Part shown: positions 18,034 to 27,468 of the stretch, one piece after another | How the letters are laid out: each line of letters opens with the position of its first letter | Numbering within the stretch: position 1 is the stretch's first letter | Source: Planctomycetota bacterium | Lineage (GTDB): Bacteria > Planctomycetota > JACOTG01 > JAJDCM01 | Reading direction: 5' to 3' | Assembly (NCBI GenBank): GCA_029260825.1 | Contig: JAJDCM010000176.1 | Span: forward strand, 1-45,618 | DNA length: 45,618 nucleotides | Notes under the pieces: generated by a model | Database searches by the model: none | What the model was told of the DNA's origin: nothing | What the model saw: only the letters and a program-made list of their open reading frames with translations | Made by a program: the position numbers and the translations under genes

Positions 18034-19011
18034 ATGAATCCACTGCTCAAGGTCCTACTCCTCTGCGCACCCGCCTTCGCGCTGGGTGCCGTTGCGGCAA
18101 CCGTACTTCGCCCGGCGCCGGTCATGCCCCCTCTCAATCAAGAAGAAGCAGGGGCCTCATCGATCGACGAAGCATCCAGAGAAAAAATGGAGCAGAAGCG
18201 AAAGAAGGAGTTGCTGCTACTCAAGGAAGAGAATGCTCGCCTCCTGATGGAAATTCATCGACTCCGATCCCAGCTGCACCAAGAAACTGAAGATGACAGG
18301 GATGAAGATGACCGGGAAAAACCTTCCACTCCGAATCCAGGTCAACTCGATGTCGCCTCCTCCCGTCGATTCGACGACTCCTCCGACACGACAGAGCTGA
18401 GACCGACTCTGCTGTGGCTACGAGAACTCTCGCCGGACCGGTTCGGCGACTTGACGGCCCAGGAACTCCTCAACATGGGAGAGCTTGATCTTTCCGGTCT
18501 CGAGCTAAGGGCCGAAGACATCGCACACCTGATGCACTTCGAGTCTCTCCACAATTTGAATTTGCGAGAGACCAACATCACCGATGAAGCACTTGAAGAA
18601 CTTCAAGACATCGACAACCTGAAGACACTCGGTCTTCGACAATCCAACATCACCGACGAGGGGCTTTCCCACTTGACGAATCTGGATAGTCTTCGCGAGC
18701 TCGACCTGAACACGACCGGGATCACCGATGAGGGCATCGCCCACCTTCAGGAGATGTCGAACCTCCGCTCCCTTCGGCTCAACTACACCCGGATCACAAA
18801 CGACGGTCTATCTCTCCTGACAGATCTGAATTCCCTGGAGCGCCTTGATCTTTGGGGGACCGCCATCACCGATGCGGGCATGTCTCACATCTGGGACCTT
18901 CCCGCCCTGAGACACCTTGAAATCGGAGCCACATCCATCACCAAGGAGTGGGTCACCCGGTTCAAGGAAGCTCACCCCAACTGCACGGTAAGAAGTCCTC
19001 ATGGTGATTGA
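18034..19011 (+). CDS. Membrane-anchored leucine-rich-repeat (LRR) protein with coiled-coil region
   Basis: ATG at 18034 gives MNPLLKVLLLCAPAFALGAVAATVL (signal/anchor), followed by a charged coiled coil. Six or more LRRs follow (LxxLxLxxTxITDEGLxHL ...). The gene overlaps the ECF sigma start by 11 nt. Confidence 0.65.
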   Translation: MNPLLKVLLLCAPAFALGAVAATVLRPAPVMPPLNQEEAGASSIDEASREKMEQKRKKELLLLKEENARLLMEIHRLRSQLHQETEDDRDEDDREKPSTPNPGQLDVASSRRFDDSSDTTELRPTLLWLRELSPDRFGDLTAQELLNMGELDLSGLELRAEDIAHLMHFESLHNLNLRETNITDEALEELQDIDNLKTLGLRQSNITDEGLSHLTNLDSLRELDLNTTGITDEGIAHLQEMSNLRSLRLNYTRITNDGLSLLTDLNSLERLDLWGTAITDAGMSHIWDLPALRHLEIGATSITKEWVTRFKEAHPNCTVRSPHGD

Positions 19012-19546
19012 AGACTGGGGCGCCTTCTTCGAGCGATACCGTCCCATGGCCCTCCGTTTCGTTTCCGGCCTCACCCGGAATCAAGACCTTGCCGAAGACA
19101 TCTTCCAGGACGCGGCACGCTCCGTCATCGAGCGTACAGCGACCGGATCCCTCAAGTTCGAGTCCCCCGCTCATGCCCGAAACTATCTCTTTCGAGCCCT
19201 CCATAATCTTGCGATCACAGCCGCCACATCCCCCCGGTCTCGGTCGGTGCAGACGGACCAGAACCCCGCCGAGGTCGTCCTCGACACCCGGCCCGAACCG
19301 GATCAGGCCATGGCGGAAACGGAGGAAAGTCGGGCCCATGACCAGACATTGAGCACTCTTACTCACGCCCTTGAAGCTCTTCCCCAGCGGGACCGAGAAG
19401 CCCTGAGTCTGCGTTTTGGGGAGGGGCTCGGATTCAGAGAAATGGCCCAGCGCACCGGCCTTGCCATCTCCACCCTCCAGTCCCGGGTAGAGTCGGCCCT
19501 CGGAAAGATCCGAAAAAAAGTCGGAAAGACGAAGAGCGACGAGTAG
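19001..19546 (+). CDS. ECF (sigma-70 family) RNA polymerase sigma factor
   Basis: Region 2 (RYRPMALRFVSGLTRNQDLAEDIFQDA) and region 4 HTH (REALSLRFGEGLGFREMAQRTGLAISTLQSRV). 181 aa. Confidence 0.8.
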   Translation: MVIEDWGAFFERYRPMALRFVSGLTRNQDLAEDIFQDAARSVIERTATGSLKFESPAHARNYLFRALHNLAITAATSPRSRSVQTDQNPAEVVLDTRPEPDQAMAETEESRAHDQTLSTLTHALEALPQRDREALSLRFGEGLGFREMAQRTGLAISTLQSRVESALGKIRKKVGKTKSDE

Positions 19547-19592
19547 TGTGAGTTAGAAACCGTCCCATCGAGGCAAGAGGTGAACGAGAGAC

Positions 19593-20339
19593 ATGGCATG
19601 TAACTCCCGGCAGTCCGAGAGAATCGGCGATTTCGCCGCAGGAGCGCTGAACGCCTCGGAAGCCGCAGAAATTCTTACGCACGTGGAAGAGTGCCCGGCC
19701 TGCTCGGAAGAATTCGACCTGGTTGCGGCCCTCCTTCACAAGACCCAGCCACCTCCGCTCACCCTGTTCAAGAATCGCTCCTGGCTCGTTCGACACCGCC
19801 TTGCCGTTGGTCTCGCAGCATCTATCCTGGCCGTCATTTCGATCGTATACGGGACGAACCTTGGGGATGAGACCTCGAACGAAACCCACCTGGAGATCGC
19901 AAGCCTCGCCGAGCTAGACCCGCTTCCCAGGCCGTCGTCCACGTTGCGCGGATCGGGAAACAATGCCCTGGAAGACGAACTCGAATCAGCTCTCCAGAGC
20001 TATACCGAGGGGAACTACGCGGATGCAGCTTCCTCCCTCCAGAAGGTGCTAGCCCGGAACCCGGATCATCCCTTGCCGAACCTCTACCTTGGGATTTCAC
20101 TGACCCAGATGGGCTCGTACCAGGAGGCGGTCACGTTTCTTGCAAGGTGCGCGAAAAACAGCGAGGGCCTCCTTCAGGAACGCGCCCTCTGGTATCAGGC
20201 GAACGCTCACCTGAAACTTGAAGAGCTTGACCCGGCCCGATCCATCCTTACCAGGATTCTGGCGATCGAAGGCGACTACGAGATCAACGCATCCGAGAAA
20301 CTCCTGCAAATCATGGGGCAAGCCGGGGCTGAAGAATGA
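19593..20339 (+). CDS. Anti-sigma factor with ZAS zinc motif, one TM helix and a C-terminal TPR-like domain
   Basis: HVEECPAC matches HxxxCxxC. The TM segment is LAVGLAASILAVISIVYG. The C-terminus has TPR-like helices (NYADAASSLQKVLARNPDHP...). It lies immediately downstream of the ECF sigma gene. Confidence 0.7.
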   Translation: MACNSRQSERIGDFAAGALNASEAAEILTHVEECPACSEEFDLVAALLHKTQPPPLTLFKNRSWLVRHRLAVGLAASILAVISIVYGTNLGDETSNETHLEIASLAELDPLPRPSSTLRGSGNNALEDELESALQSYTEGNYADAASSLQKVLARNPDHPLPNLYLGISLTQMGSYQEAVTFLARCAKNSEGLLQERALWYQANAHLKLEELDPARSILTRILAIEGDYEINASEKLLQIMGQAGAEE

Positions 20340-23300
20340 GGAGGTACGGAGCGTTCCTTTCGCTCCTGTTGGTTGGGTTTTTCGCCGCCTCCTTGTCGGC
20401 GATCCAGAGTTCAGCAGCTCCCCGAGAAGATCCTCAGATCCAGTTCACGAGGGTGGTCTTCGGTGCTCTTTCTCAAGGCGATTCATCCCGAGTTTCCTCG
20501 TTGATCAAAGAGAATCCTTACCGGATCGAATCCGTCATCAACGTTCTTCTCACCCAGGCGTCAGGTCCAAGCAGCACCGCCGAAATCGAAAACGCAGCCC
20601 GCAATCTCGCCAGAATTGCCGATTCAACCCTCGAGAATCGTGAATTCCTGGCCACCGTTCTCCTGCACATCGAGGGAGGGGAAACAGCCAAGCAGAAGAG
20701 ACTCGACCATGAGCGACTGTATGGTGAGGCCGTCGAAAAGCTTCAGCAAGAAAAGCTCCCTGAAGCGAAATCTCGAGTCGATAAAGCGCTGCAACTCGCC
20801 AGCACTCTTGCACAACCTTTTCTTTCCTCTCGATCCCTCCGGCTTCGTGCACACATTGAAAAAAGACTGGGCGACCTTGAAAACGCCATTCAAGATCTGA
20901 ACCGCGCCATCGCCCTCGATCGCCCTCGAGGAGCCAAGCTGGATCTCCTCGCCAATCTTCTTCTCCTGGCGGAAATCAAATCCATGGAGGGTGATCTTGA
21001 GATCGCCGTGACGGCAACGATCGAAGCGGTCGATCTGGCTCCCCTTGTTGGTGAACCATTTCGTCTACCCCAGCTTCTTCTTCAGCTCTCCTACCTTCAT
21101 GCCAGGCGCGGAAACCGAGAGGAATCGACTCGGGCCATCGACATGGCTCACGAATCAGCCGAGGAGCGGAACGACATCAATGGTCTCGCATCGGTCCTTG
21201 GGGCTAAAGCCTCCCTGGCAACGACCTGTGGAGACTACACCGCCGCAATCCGAGCCTATCTCCTGGCAAGAACTCTCCATCAAGATCTGGGCGACCGAGA
21301 AAACGAGACATCAACCCTCATCCACCTGGGCGGTCTCTATTCGGAAATCGGCCGGTTCATCGATGCAGAAGATGTCCTGAAGGAAGCTAGCGAGCGTCTC
21401 CAGGACCCAGGCCACCCTTCTCTGGCTCTTCTTCTCGGGCGCACACGATCCAGCCTTGGGCTCACGTTCCTTGATCAGGGAAAAACCAAGCAGGCTCTGA
21501 GCCAATTCGATCTTGCCGAACAGGAGCACCGGCGCTCTGGAGATGAAGTTTGGGCCATGGAAACAAAGCGGCACCGGGCCTACGCATATCTGGAGCAAGG
21601 TCGGCACGAAGAGGCTCGATCTGAATACCGGACAATCCTCTCCAATCCACGAACACCCGCCCTTGCTCGGGCCCTTTCCCGGACGGGAATCGGCACAAGC
21701 TTCGAAATGGAAGGAAAAGCAACCGAAGCCCTCGCCGCCTACCAAGCCGCGTTGATCGAGCCCCACCCGTTTCCCGAAGGTTCCTGGCGTGCGCGCTACG
21801 GAGTGGGCCGAATTCACGAGGCACGAGGTGAAACGTCCCGAGCAAAAGACGCATACCTCGCCGCACTCAAAGAACTAGACACTCTACAGCGATGGCTTCC
21901 GGGAACAGCCGACCGGCAAACCTATCTTGGAGATGCAAAGGGGCTTCATCGAAGAGCATCGAGACTCCTCGCAAAAGCCGGTGAGAATAATGCATCCTTT
22001 GTTGAAGCAGAAGCTGGAAAGGCGCGACTCCTCCTTGAGATGCAAGGCCATTCCGGCTTGCTCTCCCCCGCCCCTCTTGCCTCACCTGCCCGAGAAAAGC
22101 GCCAGAAAACCGAAGCCGACCTCGTCTTTCTGGAAAGACAACTGCGTGTCGAACCAACATTCAACTCCTCTTCAACATCAACGTCGAAAGGGTTGGAAGA
22201 GAAGCTAAAAAGCGTGCGGATCGAGCATCAACAGGCCCTTCTTGCCGCCCAGATGGAGAGTAGCTGGGCCCAAGAGCTTCAAGGAAGAGCACTCGACGTC
22301 TCGCTCGAGTCCGTCCAACAGGCTCTTCCCCCCGACGCAGCTCTGATCGAATACCTGATCGGGTCGGAAGGATCCGCCGCCTGGGTACTGACTCGACGCA
22401 CTGCCCGATTCATCAACCTCGGGGCGAACGAAGCCGCCGTTACCGGATGGATTGATCGAATCTACCGCCCCATCGAACTCCTTGCTGCAAAAGAAACCGA
22501 TATCGCAAACCTTGGTTTTGATGCCAGGGCAGCCGGCCTCCTTCATGCAACACTGGTCAAGCCCCTCCTCGCCTCGATCGGAAAGAGCACCCTCCTCTAC
22601 ATCGTTCCCGACGGCCCGCTCCTTCGTCTTCCATTCTCCCTCCTGGTGAGCGCTCACAAGAAGCAACCGGTACGTCCTGGGGAGCTGTACGCTCACCACC
22701 ACGGCTGTCGATTTCTGATCGAAGACTTCGCCATCTCCTACCTTCCAACCGCGGGAATCCTGCTATCGAAGAAGTCTCCCGGTTCTTCGAGGGGAAACAC
22801 CGGGGTGGTGATTGCTTCTCCCGACCCTCTACCGCCGGGGGCGAAGCATCTCGCAGCTGCACTATCGGAGGCAAGAGCGGTAGCAAAAGAAACCGGCGCT
22901 TCCATGTTCACTCTGGGAAAAGCGACGGAAACCAGGGCAAAGGAAGCCCTGTCGAACGCCCCATGGATACACCTTGCGACTCATGGATTCCTCTCTGATC
23001 GCCGCCCCCTCTACTCCCGCATTGCCCTCGCTCCCGGACCAGACGACGACGGATGGCTTCACGCCTTTGAAGTCGAAAGGCTCAAACTCACTTCCCGCCT
23101 GGTCATCCTTTCCGCTTGCGAAACTGCGGAGGCCGCAGAGCGAACCTCCGGATGGCTCGGTCTCTCAAGATCCTTCCTTCTGGCGGGGGCGACTTCAGTC
23201 GTTGCATCTTTCTGGGTGGTCGACGATGAAGCAACACGATGGCTCTTCCCACGATTCCATCGTGAGCTTGCAAATGGACTGGCTCCTGCCATGGCCCTCC

Positions 23301-23404
23301 AGAGAGCACAGGTGGAGATTCTCCGCAACAAACGACGGGGATCCCTTCACTTCGTGCATCCATTCTTCTGGGCTGGCTTCATCGCGATGAGCTCGGATCA
23401 CTAG
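20336..23404 (+). CDS. Secreted TPR-repeat protein with C-terminal CHAT (caspase-like) peptidase domain
   Basis: ATGA overlap with the anti-sigma stop. Signal peptide MRRYGAFLSLLLVGFFAASLSAIQSSA. About 600 aa of TPR-like repeats. The C-terminal CHAT domain carries the His/Cys dyad (WIHLATHGF ... LVILSACET). Confidence 0.8.
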   Translation: MRRYGAFLSLLLVGFFAASLSAIQSSAAPREDPQIQFTRVVFGALSQGDSSRVSSLIKENPYRIESVINVLLTQASGPSSTAEIENAARNLARIADSTLENREFLATVLLHIEGGETAKQKRLDHERLYGEAVEKLQQEKLPEAKSRVDKALQLASTLAQPFLSSRSLRLRAHIEKRLGDLENAIQDLNRAIALDRPRGAKLDLLANLLLLAEIKSMEGDLEIAVTATIEAVDLAPLVGEPFRLPQLLLQLSYLHARRGNREESTRAIDMAHESAEERNDINGLASVLGAKASLATTCGDYTAAIRAYLLARTLHQDLGDRENETSTLIHLGGLYSEIGRFIDAEDVLKEASERLQDPGHPSLALLLGRTRSSLGLTFLDQGKTKQALSQFDLAEQEHRRSGDEVWAMETKRHRAYAYLEQGRHEEARSEYRTILSNPRTPALARALSRTGIGTSFEMEGKATEALAAYQAALIEPHPFPEGSWRARYGVGRIHEARGETSRAKDAYLAALKELDTLQRWLPGTADRQTYLGDAKGLHRRASRLLAKAGENNASFVEAEAGKARLLLEMQGHSGLLSPAPLASPAREKRQKTEADLVFLERQLRVEPTFNSSSTSTSKGLEEKLKSVRIEHQQALLAAQMESSWAQELQGRALDVSLESVQQALPPDAALIEYLIGSEGSAAWVLTRRTARFINLGANEAAVTGWIDRIYRPIELLAAKETDIANLGFDARAAGLLHATLVKPLLASIGKSTLLYIVPDGPLLRLPFSLLVSAHKKQPVRPGELYAHHHGCRFLIEDFAISYLPTAGILLSKKSPGSSRGNTGVVIASPDPLPPGAKHLAAALSEARAVAKETGASMFTLGKATETRAKEALSNAPWIHLATHGFLSDRRPLYSRIALAPGPDDDGWLHAFEVERLKLTSRLVILSACETAEAAERTSGWLGLSRSFLLAGATSVVASFWVVDDEATRWLFPRFHRELANGLAPAMALQRAQVEILRNKRRGSLHFVHPFFWAGFIAMSSDH

Positions 23405-23548
23405 CCAAACTCCCTGCGTTCCAGGTTTTCTCGAGAAAGTCTCGGAAACTTCGCCTCTCCCAGGAAACAAGGAGTGAGAGCCGGAACCATCGGGCAAATC
23501 GACCATCAGCCAGGAGCCAGAGGCATCCTGAAATCAGGAGGGTGAATC

Positions 23549-26500
23549 ATGCAAAACTTTCGATCACAAACCCGTGGGCGGGTGACACTGGGCCTCGCGA
23601 TGATCAGCTTGTCCGTCCTGGGGTTCAGCTCGTCAGGAAGCGCCCAGGAGAGAGCGAAAGCACGAGATCTTGAACCTCGCGTTGCATTCAGAAGGCCACA
23701 GCTGGACCTGCTGTCATCCGCAGACGCATCGGATGTGATCGTGGTGAAGTTCCTCGAGGGAACCGGCATTCGGTTTTCAGGAAAGCGCGCCTCGTCTCGC
23801 ACTCGATCCAGCGTCGGCGAACTCCAGGCCGTCGTCGATCAGGTCACAAGCCAGGTCGAAAAGATCTTTGCCAGACCGGAGAGTGTCCTTTCACAAGAGA
23901 AACGGGTCGGTGAATCCAGATCAGGTCGTGAGCTCGCCGATCTCAACTTGTTCTACCGATTCCACGTTCAACGTCATCGCGATCCTCTCGACGCTCTGGA
24001 AAGTATTCTCTCCCTTCCCCAGGTGGAAACGGCCTACTTCGCACCCAGGCCCGCCCCTTCTCCCACCGATCTCCCTCCGGTCACCCCGACCTTCAACGGA
24101 CAACAGAACTATCTGGGTCCGGCGCCTCAAGGAGTGGACGCTCAATACGCATGGAGTCTCCCAGGAGGAAGAGGAACCGGAGTGCGAGTCTGTGATATTG
24201 AATACAACTGGCACACTGGCCACGAGGAATTCAACGATGTTGGAATCACCCTCCTTGGCAACGCGCCGCTTGTTCCCCCCAACCTCAACACCGCCCAGGA
24301 AACCTACCACGGCACCGCATCTCTTGCCGTCGTTGGTGCCGATGACAACGGTTACGGAACCCGGGGAATCGCCAGTCAAGCCAGACTGTACATCACCGGC
24401 TCCTTCACCCAGCAAGGAGGATACAACCCGGCCAACGCCATCAATCTTTCGGCCGGAGCCCTTCCCGGCGGAAGCGTCTTGCTCCTGGAGATGCAAGCCT
24501 GCGCCGATCAGTTCTGCAACGTCCTCGTTCCCATCGAGTGGTTCGCGGCAGAATACGCCGCGATCGCCAGTGCGGTAGCCAACGGAATCATCGTGGTCGA
24601 GGCTGCCGGCAACGGGGGTAACGACCTCAGTGACACCAATCAATTCGGCAACGCCTTTCGCCGATCCGTTCAAGATTCCGGAGCCATCATGGTTGCCGCC
24701 GGAGACTCCCAGGGGAACCCGCTCTTCTTCACCAACCACTGCACGACGGATTCCCGCATCGACGTCTGGTCCTGGGGAAACAGCAATGTGGTTACCGCAG
24801 GATATGGCGACCTCTTCTACGGAGGATCGTCGGACAATCAAGCCTACACGACCACCTTCGGTGGGACTTCGTCAGCGTCAGCAATCGTTGCCGGTTGCGT
24901 CGCCAACTTGCAGGGTATCGCCCAGCAAATGCTTGGAAAGACTTTGACCCCGGCGGAGGTGAGGAGCATCTTCACGACGACCGGAACCCCTCAGGCGGTA
25001 AGCGCCATGCTGATCGGGTCTCAACCCAACTTGCGAACGGCTACCGCCTATTTGATGGATCAAGAGATCCAGCTCCTACCCTTTCAGTTCGTTCCCGGCA
25101 TGCCATCCCCCAACCCCCTTTCTCCCGGCGAGATCCTGGCTACCGATCTCAATCGGGACGGATCTCCCGAGCTCATCTTCAGCTACCAGGACAACCTCAC
25201 TTTCACGGGAACCATGGAAATCGTGTTGAACAACGGTGGTGTCTACGGACCCTCCATCCCTTTCCCCCTCGGATTCGGACAGCCCTTCCTCGCAACGGGC
25301 GACTTCAATCAGGACGGGAATCCGGACATCGCGGCCACAACATCAACCCTGGTGACCGTGTTCCTCGGAGATGGATCCCTCGGATTCCTGAACGTAATCC
25401 CAGTGCCTCTTCCCGTAGCTGGATTCGGGACCGAGATAGCCGATTTCACCGGGGATGGAAAACCGGACATCGCGGTCGCCCACTCCGGCCTCCTCAGCGT
25501 TCTTGTTGGGGACGGCCTGGGTAACTTCACGTTCACAAGCTTTGCCTATCCCGCACAAAACTGGATCGACGTCGAGGCCTGTGACATGACGGGAGATGGA
25601 GCGATCGACTGGTGCCTGACGGGGAGTGATACGACGATCCTCGTGAACGACGGTTCGGGAACCCCGGTCGCCAATCCGTTTTCCACCAATGCTCCTGGAA
25701 CCTCGATCGTCACCGGTGACCTGGATCAAGACGGACGAAAAGACATCGCGGTTCTCAGCCCGGGAGGCGGAACTCTCACGAGCTTCAAAGGAGATGGGGC
25801 TGGATTGGCAACTCAAACTTCGGTGACCTCATTTCCCCTGAGCATTCTTGGTAATCAGGTCATCTTGCAAGACTTCAATGGAGATCTCCTTCTGGACGCC
25901 GCCATCTCCGGAGTTCAAACCCCCATTCCCGGGGGTGGTACCCAGGATGGACCCGCTCTCCTGCTCGGAGACGGGCGAGGAGCATTCGGGCCTCCCGGCG
26001 GATCGTTCTCTCTTGGTTTCGGCTTCGGAGGCATTGCAGCAGGGAATCTTGCCGGACTCAATCAAACCGACGTTGCCCTCGCGGTTCTGAATCCAGGGGG
26101 GTTTGTTGATGTCGAGCTGTTCGTGAACCCGATCTTCCAAAAACGAATGAAATGTCGTACGGGCAATGTGAATGAAACTCTGGGAGTTGCCGTCGACGTC
26201 CTCTCAGTGAGCGGTCAAACGGGAGATGTTGATCGAATCCTCCGGCTTTCCCCGTCGACCACGTTTACCATCGACATGGCTGCACCACAAAACGGGCCGG
26301 CGTCCGCTCCTTACGTCCTGTACGCAGTGCGAGGACAGATTTCCTTCACGGATGAAACCAACCATCCATTCAACATCGGAACCACGTGCTTCCCCACCCC
26401 CCTCTCAGGCGGGACTCTTCCCAATACGGTTGTCGTGGCAAATAGCCTTGGCTACACGGGACTCCTGGGCACCCCTCTTTTGAATCGAGGTCCGGCTCCC

Positions 26501-26629
26501 GGGACGGTGGCCACGGTGGTTGGCGGGCTTCCGGCAGGATCAAGGCTCTTCTTACAAGGGTTTATCCGAGACAACAACGGGCAGATTGCAATCACGGTAA
26601 CAAATGGAGTGGAAGTGCAAGTTTGGTAG
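23549..26629 (+). CDS. Secreted subtilisin-like serine peptidase (S8) with C-terminal FG-GAP/VCBS beta-propeller repeats
   Basis: AGGAGG SD 7 nt upstream of the ATG. Signal peptide present. Catalytic triad in D-H-S order (VRVCDIEYNW; HGTASLAVVGA; GGTSSASAIVAG). The C-terminal half carries FG-GAP motifs (DLNRDGSPELIF, DFNQDGNPDIAA, DFTGDGKPDIAVA, DLDQDGRKDIAVL). Confidence 0.8.
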   Translation: MQNFRSQTRGRVTLGLAMISLSVLGFSSSGSAQERAKARDLEPRVAFRRPQLDLLSSADASDVIVVKFLEGTGIRFSGKRASSRTRSSVGELQAVVDQVTSQVEKIFARPESVLSQEKRVGESRSGRELADLNLFYRFHVQRHRDPLDALESILSLPQVETAYFAPRPAPSPTDLPPVTPTFNGQQNYLGPAPQGVDAQYAWSLPGGRGTGVRVCDIEYNWHTGHEEFNDVGITLLGNAPLVPPNLNTAQETYHGTASLAVVGADDNGYGTRGIASQARLYITGSFTQQGGYNPANAINLSAGALPGGSVLLLEMQACADQFCNVLVPIEWFAAEYAAIASAVANGIIVVEAAGNGGNDLSDTNQFGNAFRRSVQDSGAIMVAAGDSQGNPLFFTNHCTTDSRIDVWSWGNSNVVTAGYGDLFYGGSSDNQAYTTTFGGTSSASAIVAGCVANLQGIAQQMLGKTLTPAEVRSIFTTTGTPQAVSAMLIGSQPNLRTATAYLMDQEIQLLPFQFVPGMPSPNPLSPGEILATDLNRDGSPELIFSYQDNLTFTGTMEIVLNNGGVYGPSIPFPLGFGQPFLATGDFNQDGNPDIAATTSTLVTVFLGDGSLGFLNVIPVPLPVAGFGTEIADFTGDGKPDIAVAHSGLLSVLVGDGLGNFTFTSFAYPAQNWIDVEACDMTGDGAIDWCLTGSDTTILVNDGSGTPVANPFSTNAPGTSIVTGDLDQDGRKDIAVLSPGGGTLTSFKGDGAGLATQTSVTSFPLSILGNQVILQDFNGDLLLDAAISGVQTPIPGGGTQDGPALLLGDGRGAFGPPGGSFSLGFGFGGIAAGNLAGLNQTDVALAVLNPGGFVDVELFVNPIFQKRMKCRTGNVNETLGVAVDVLSVSGQTGDVDRILRLSPSTTFTIDMAAPQNGPASAPYVLYAVRGQISFTDETNHPFNIGTTCFPTPLSGGTLPNTVVVANSLGYTGLLGTPLLNRGPAPGTVATVVGGLPAGSRLFLQGFIRDNNGQIAITVTNGVEVQVW

Positions 26630-26657
26630 TAAGGACGTGGTCGTCGAAGAAGGCCAT

Positions 26658-26687
26658 CCGGCACGGTTAGAAAGAGAGCCGTGCCGG
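26658..26687. terminator. Perfect 9-bp stem hairpin between convergent genes (candidate bidirectional terminator)
   Basis: ccggcacgg-ttagaaagagag-ccgtgccgg lies 29 nt after the S8 peptidase stop and 48 nt before the minus-strand ORF stop at 26735. Confidence 0.4.
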
Positions 26688-26734
26688 ATTGGATCATTTG
26701 ACGTGAAAGTACTAGCCCGGATTATTCATCCGGG

Positions 26735-27037
26735 CTAGCCGCTGGGATCGAGTTCATACAGGCCATCGCCCGAGTATCGGAGCCGACCTTGCCGGACAAG
26801 CTCTTCCCAGACCTCTTCCCGATATCGATCGGGAGGTGTAATCGCGGCAATTTTTGATTGGCGCCCACCGGTCAAATGCCCTCCTCCAAGACCTGACTCA
26901 TCATCGAGAAGCATGATCTTCAGCCTCTTACGAAAAGCCTTCATGGCCCGCTTGAGCTCCTCTCGGGTCGGTGCTTGCGCATCATCTTCAGACGTGGTGT
27001 CTTCAGATCCGCCTTGATCAGACTCTGGGTCGGTCAT
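26735..27037 (-). CDS. Hypothetical small acidic protein (100 aa)
   Basis: ATG at 27037 with a GAGGAG SD 9 nt upstream. The acidic N-terminus is DPESDQGGSEDTTSEDD. No recognisable family. Confidence 0.4.
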   Translation of the reverse strand: MTDPESDQGGSEDTTSEDDAQAPTREELKRAMKAFRKRLKIMLLDDESGLGGGHLTGGRQSKIAAITPPDRYREEVWEELVRQGRLRYSGDGLYELDPSG

Positions 27038-27468
27038 CGTTCATCTCCTCGGGTGAATAATTTGATCCGGCACCATTCTAACGTCCGTAGACAACTATTT
27101 CGAGGCTACCGACCGGGCAAACACTCTGCAATCAAAGGAATTAGGCGCCCAGAATCCTCAGAAAGCAAAAAATCTGTTCCCCGAACAGGCCGACCTCACA
27201 CTAAGTCCTAGGCGGGTTGGCCTGTACATCGGTTGTCTGCCCAGCTTGCACCGAGTTCCCGTCGCGCAGGCCAGAGCTGGCAACCTGAGCACGAGTAGAC
27301 CTGAATGATCCTTGTTGGGTCTTCAGCTCCTTCGAAGCAATAACCCCATCTCGTACAGCCAACCCCCCATTTCACCCACTTCCCCTCCTCCACATCCTCC
27401 CGCTTGAACCCCTCGGGATTCCCCGGTCATAATGCCCGTTTGCGCAACGAACAGGACCGAGGCACCCC

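Noticed and set aside
23921-24841. 306-aa ORF on the - strand, and 23868..24578 (+) in another frame
   Set aside because: Both lie inside or antisense to the S8 peptidase coding region, whose frame carries the D-H-S triad. They are high-GC artefacts.
27218-27270. Possible tRNA or small RNA in the long intergenic region
   Set aside because: A stem closed by GGCCTG/CAGGCC is present, but the length of about 53 nt and the lack of T-loop (GTTCRANYC) and D-loop features argue against a tRNA.
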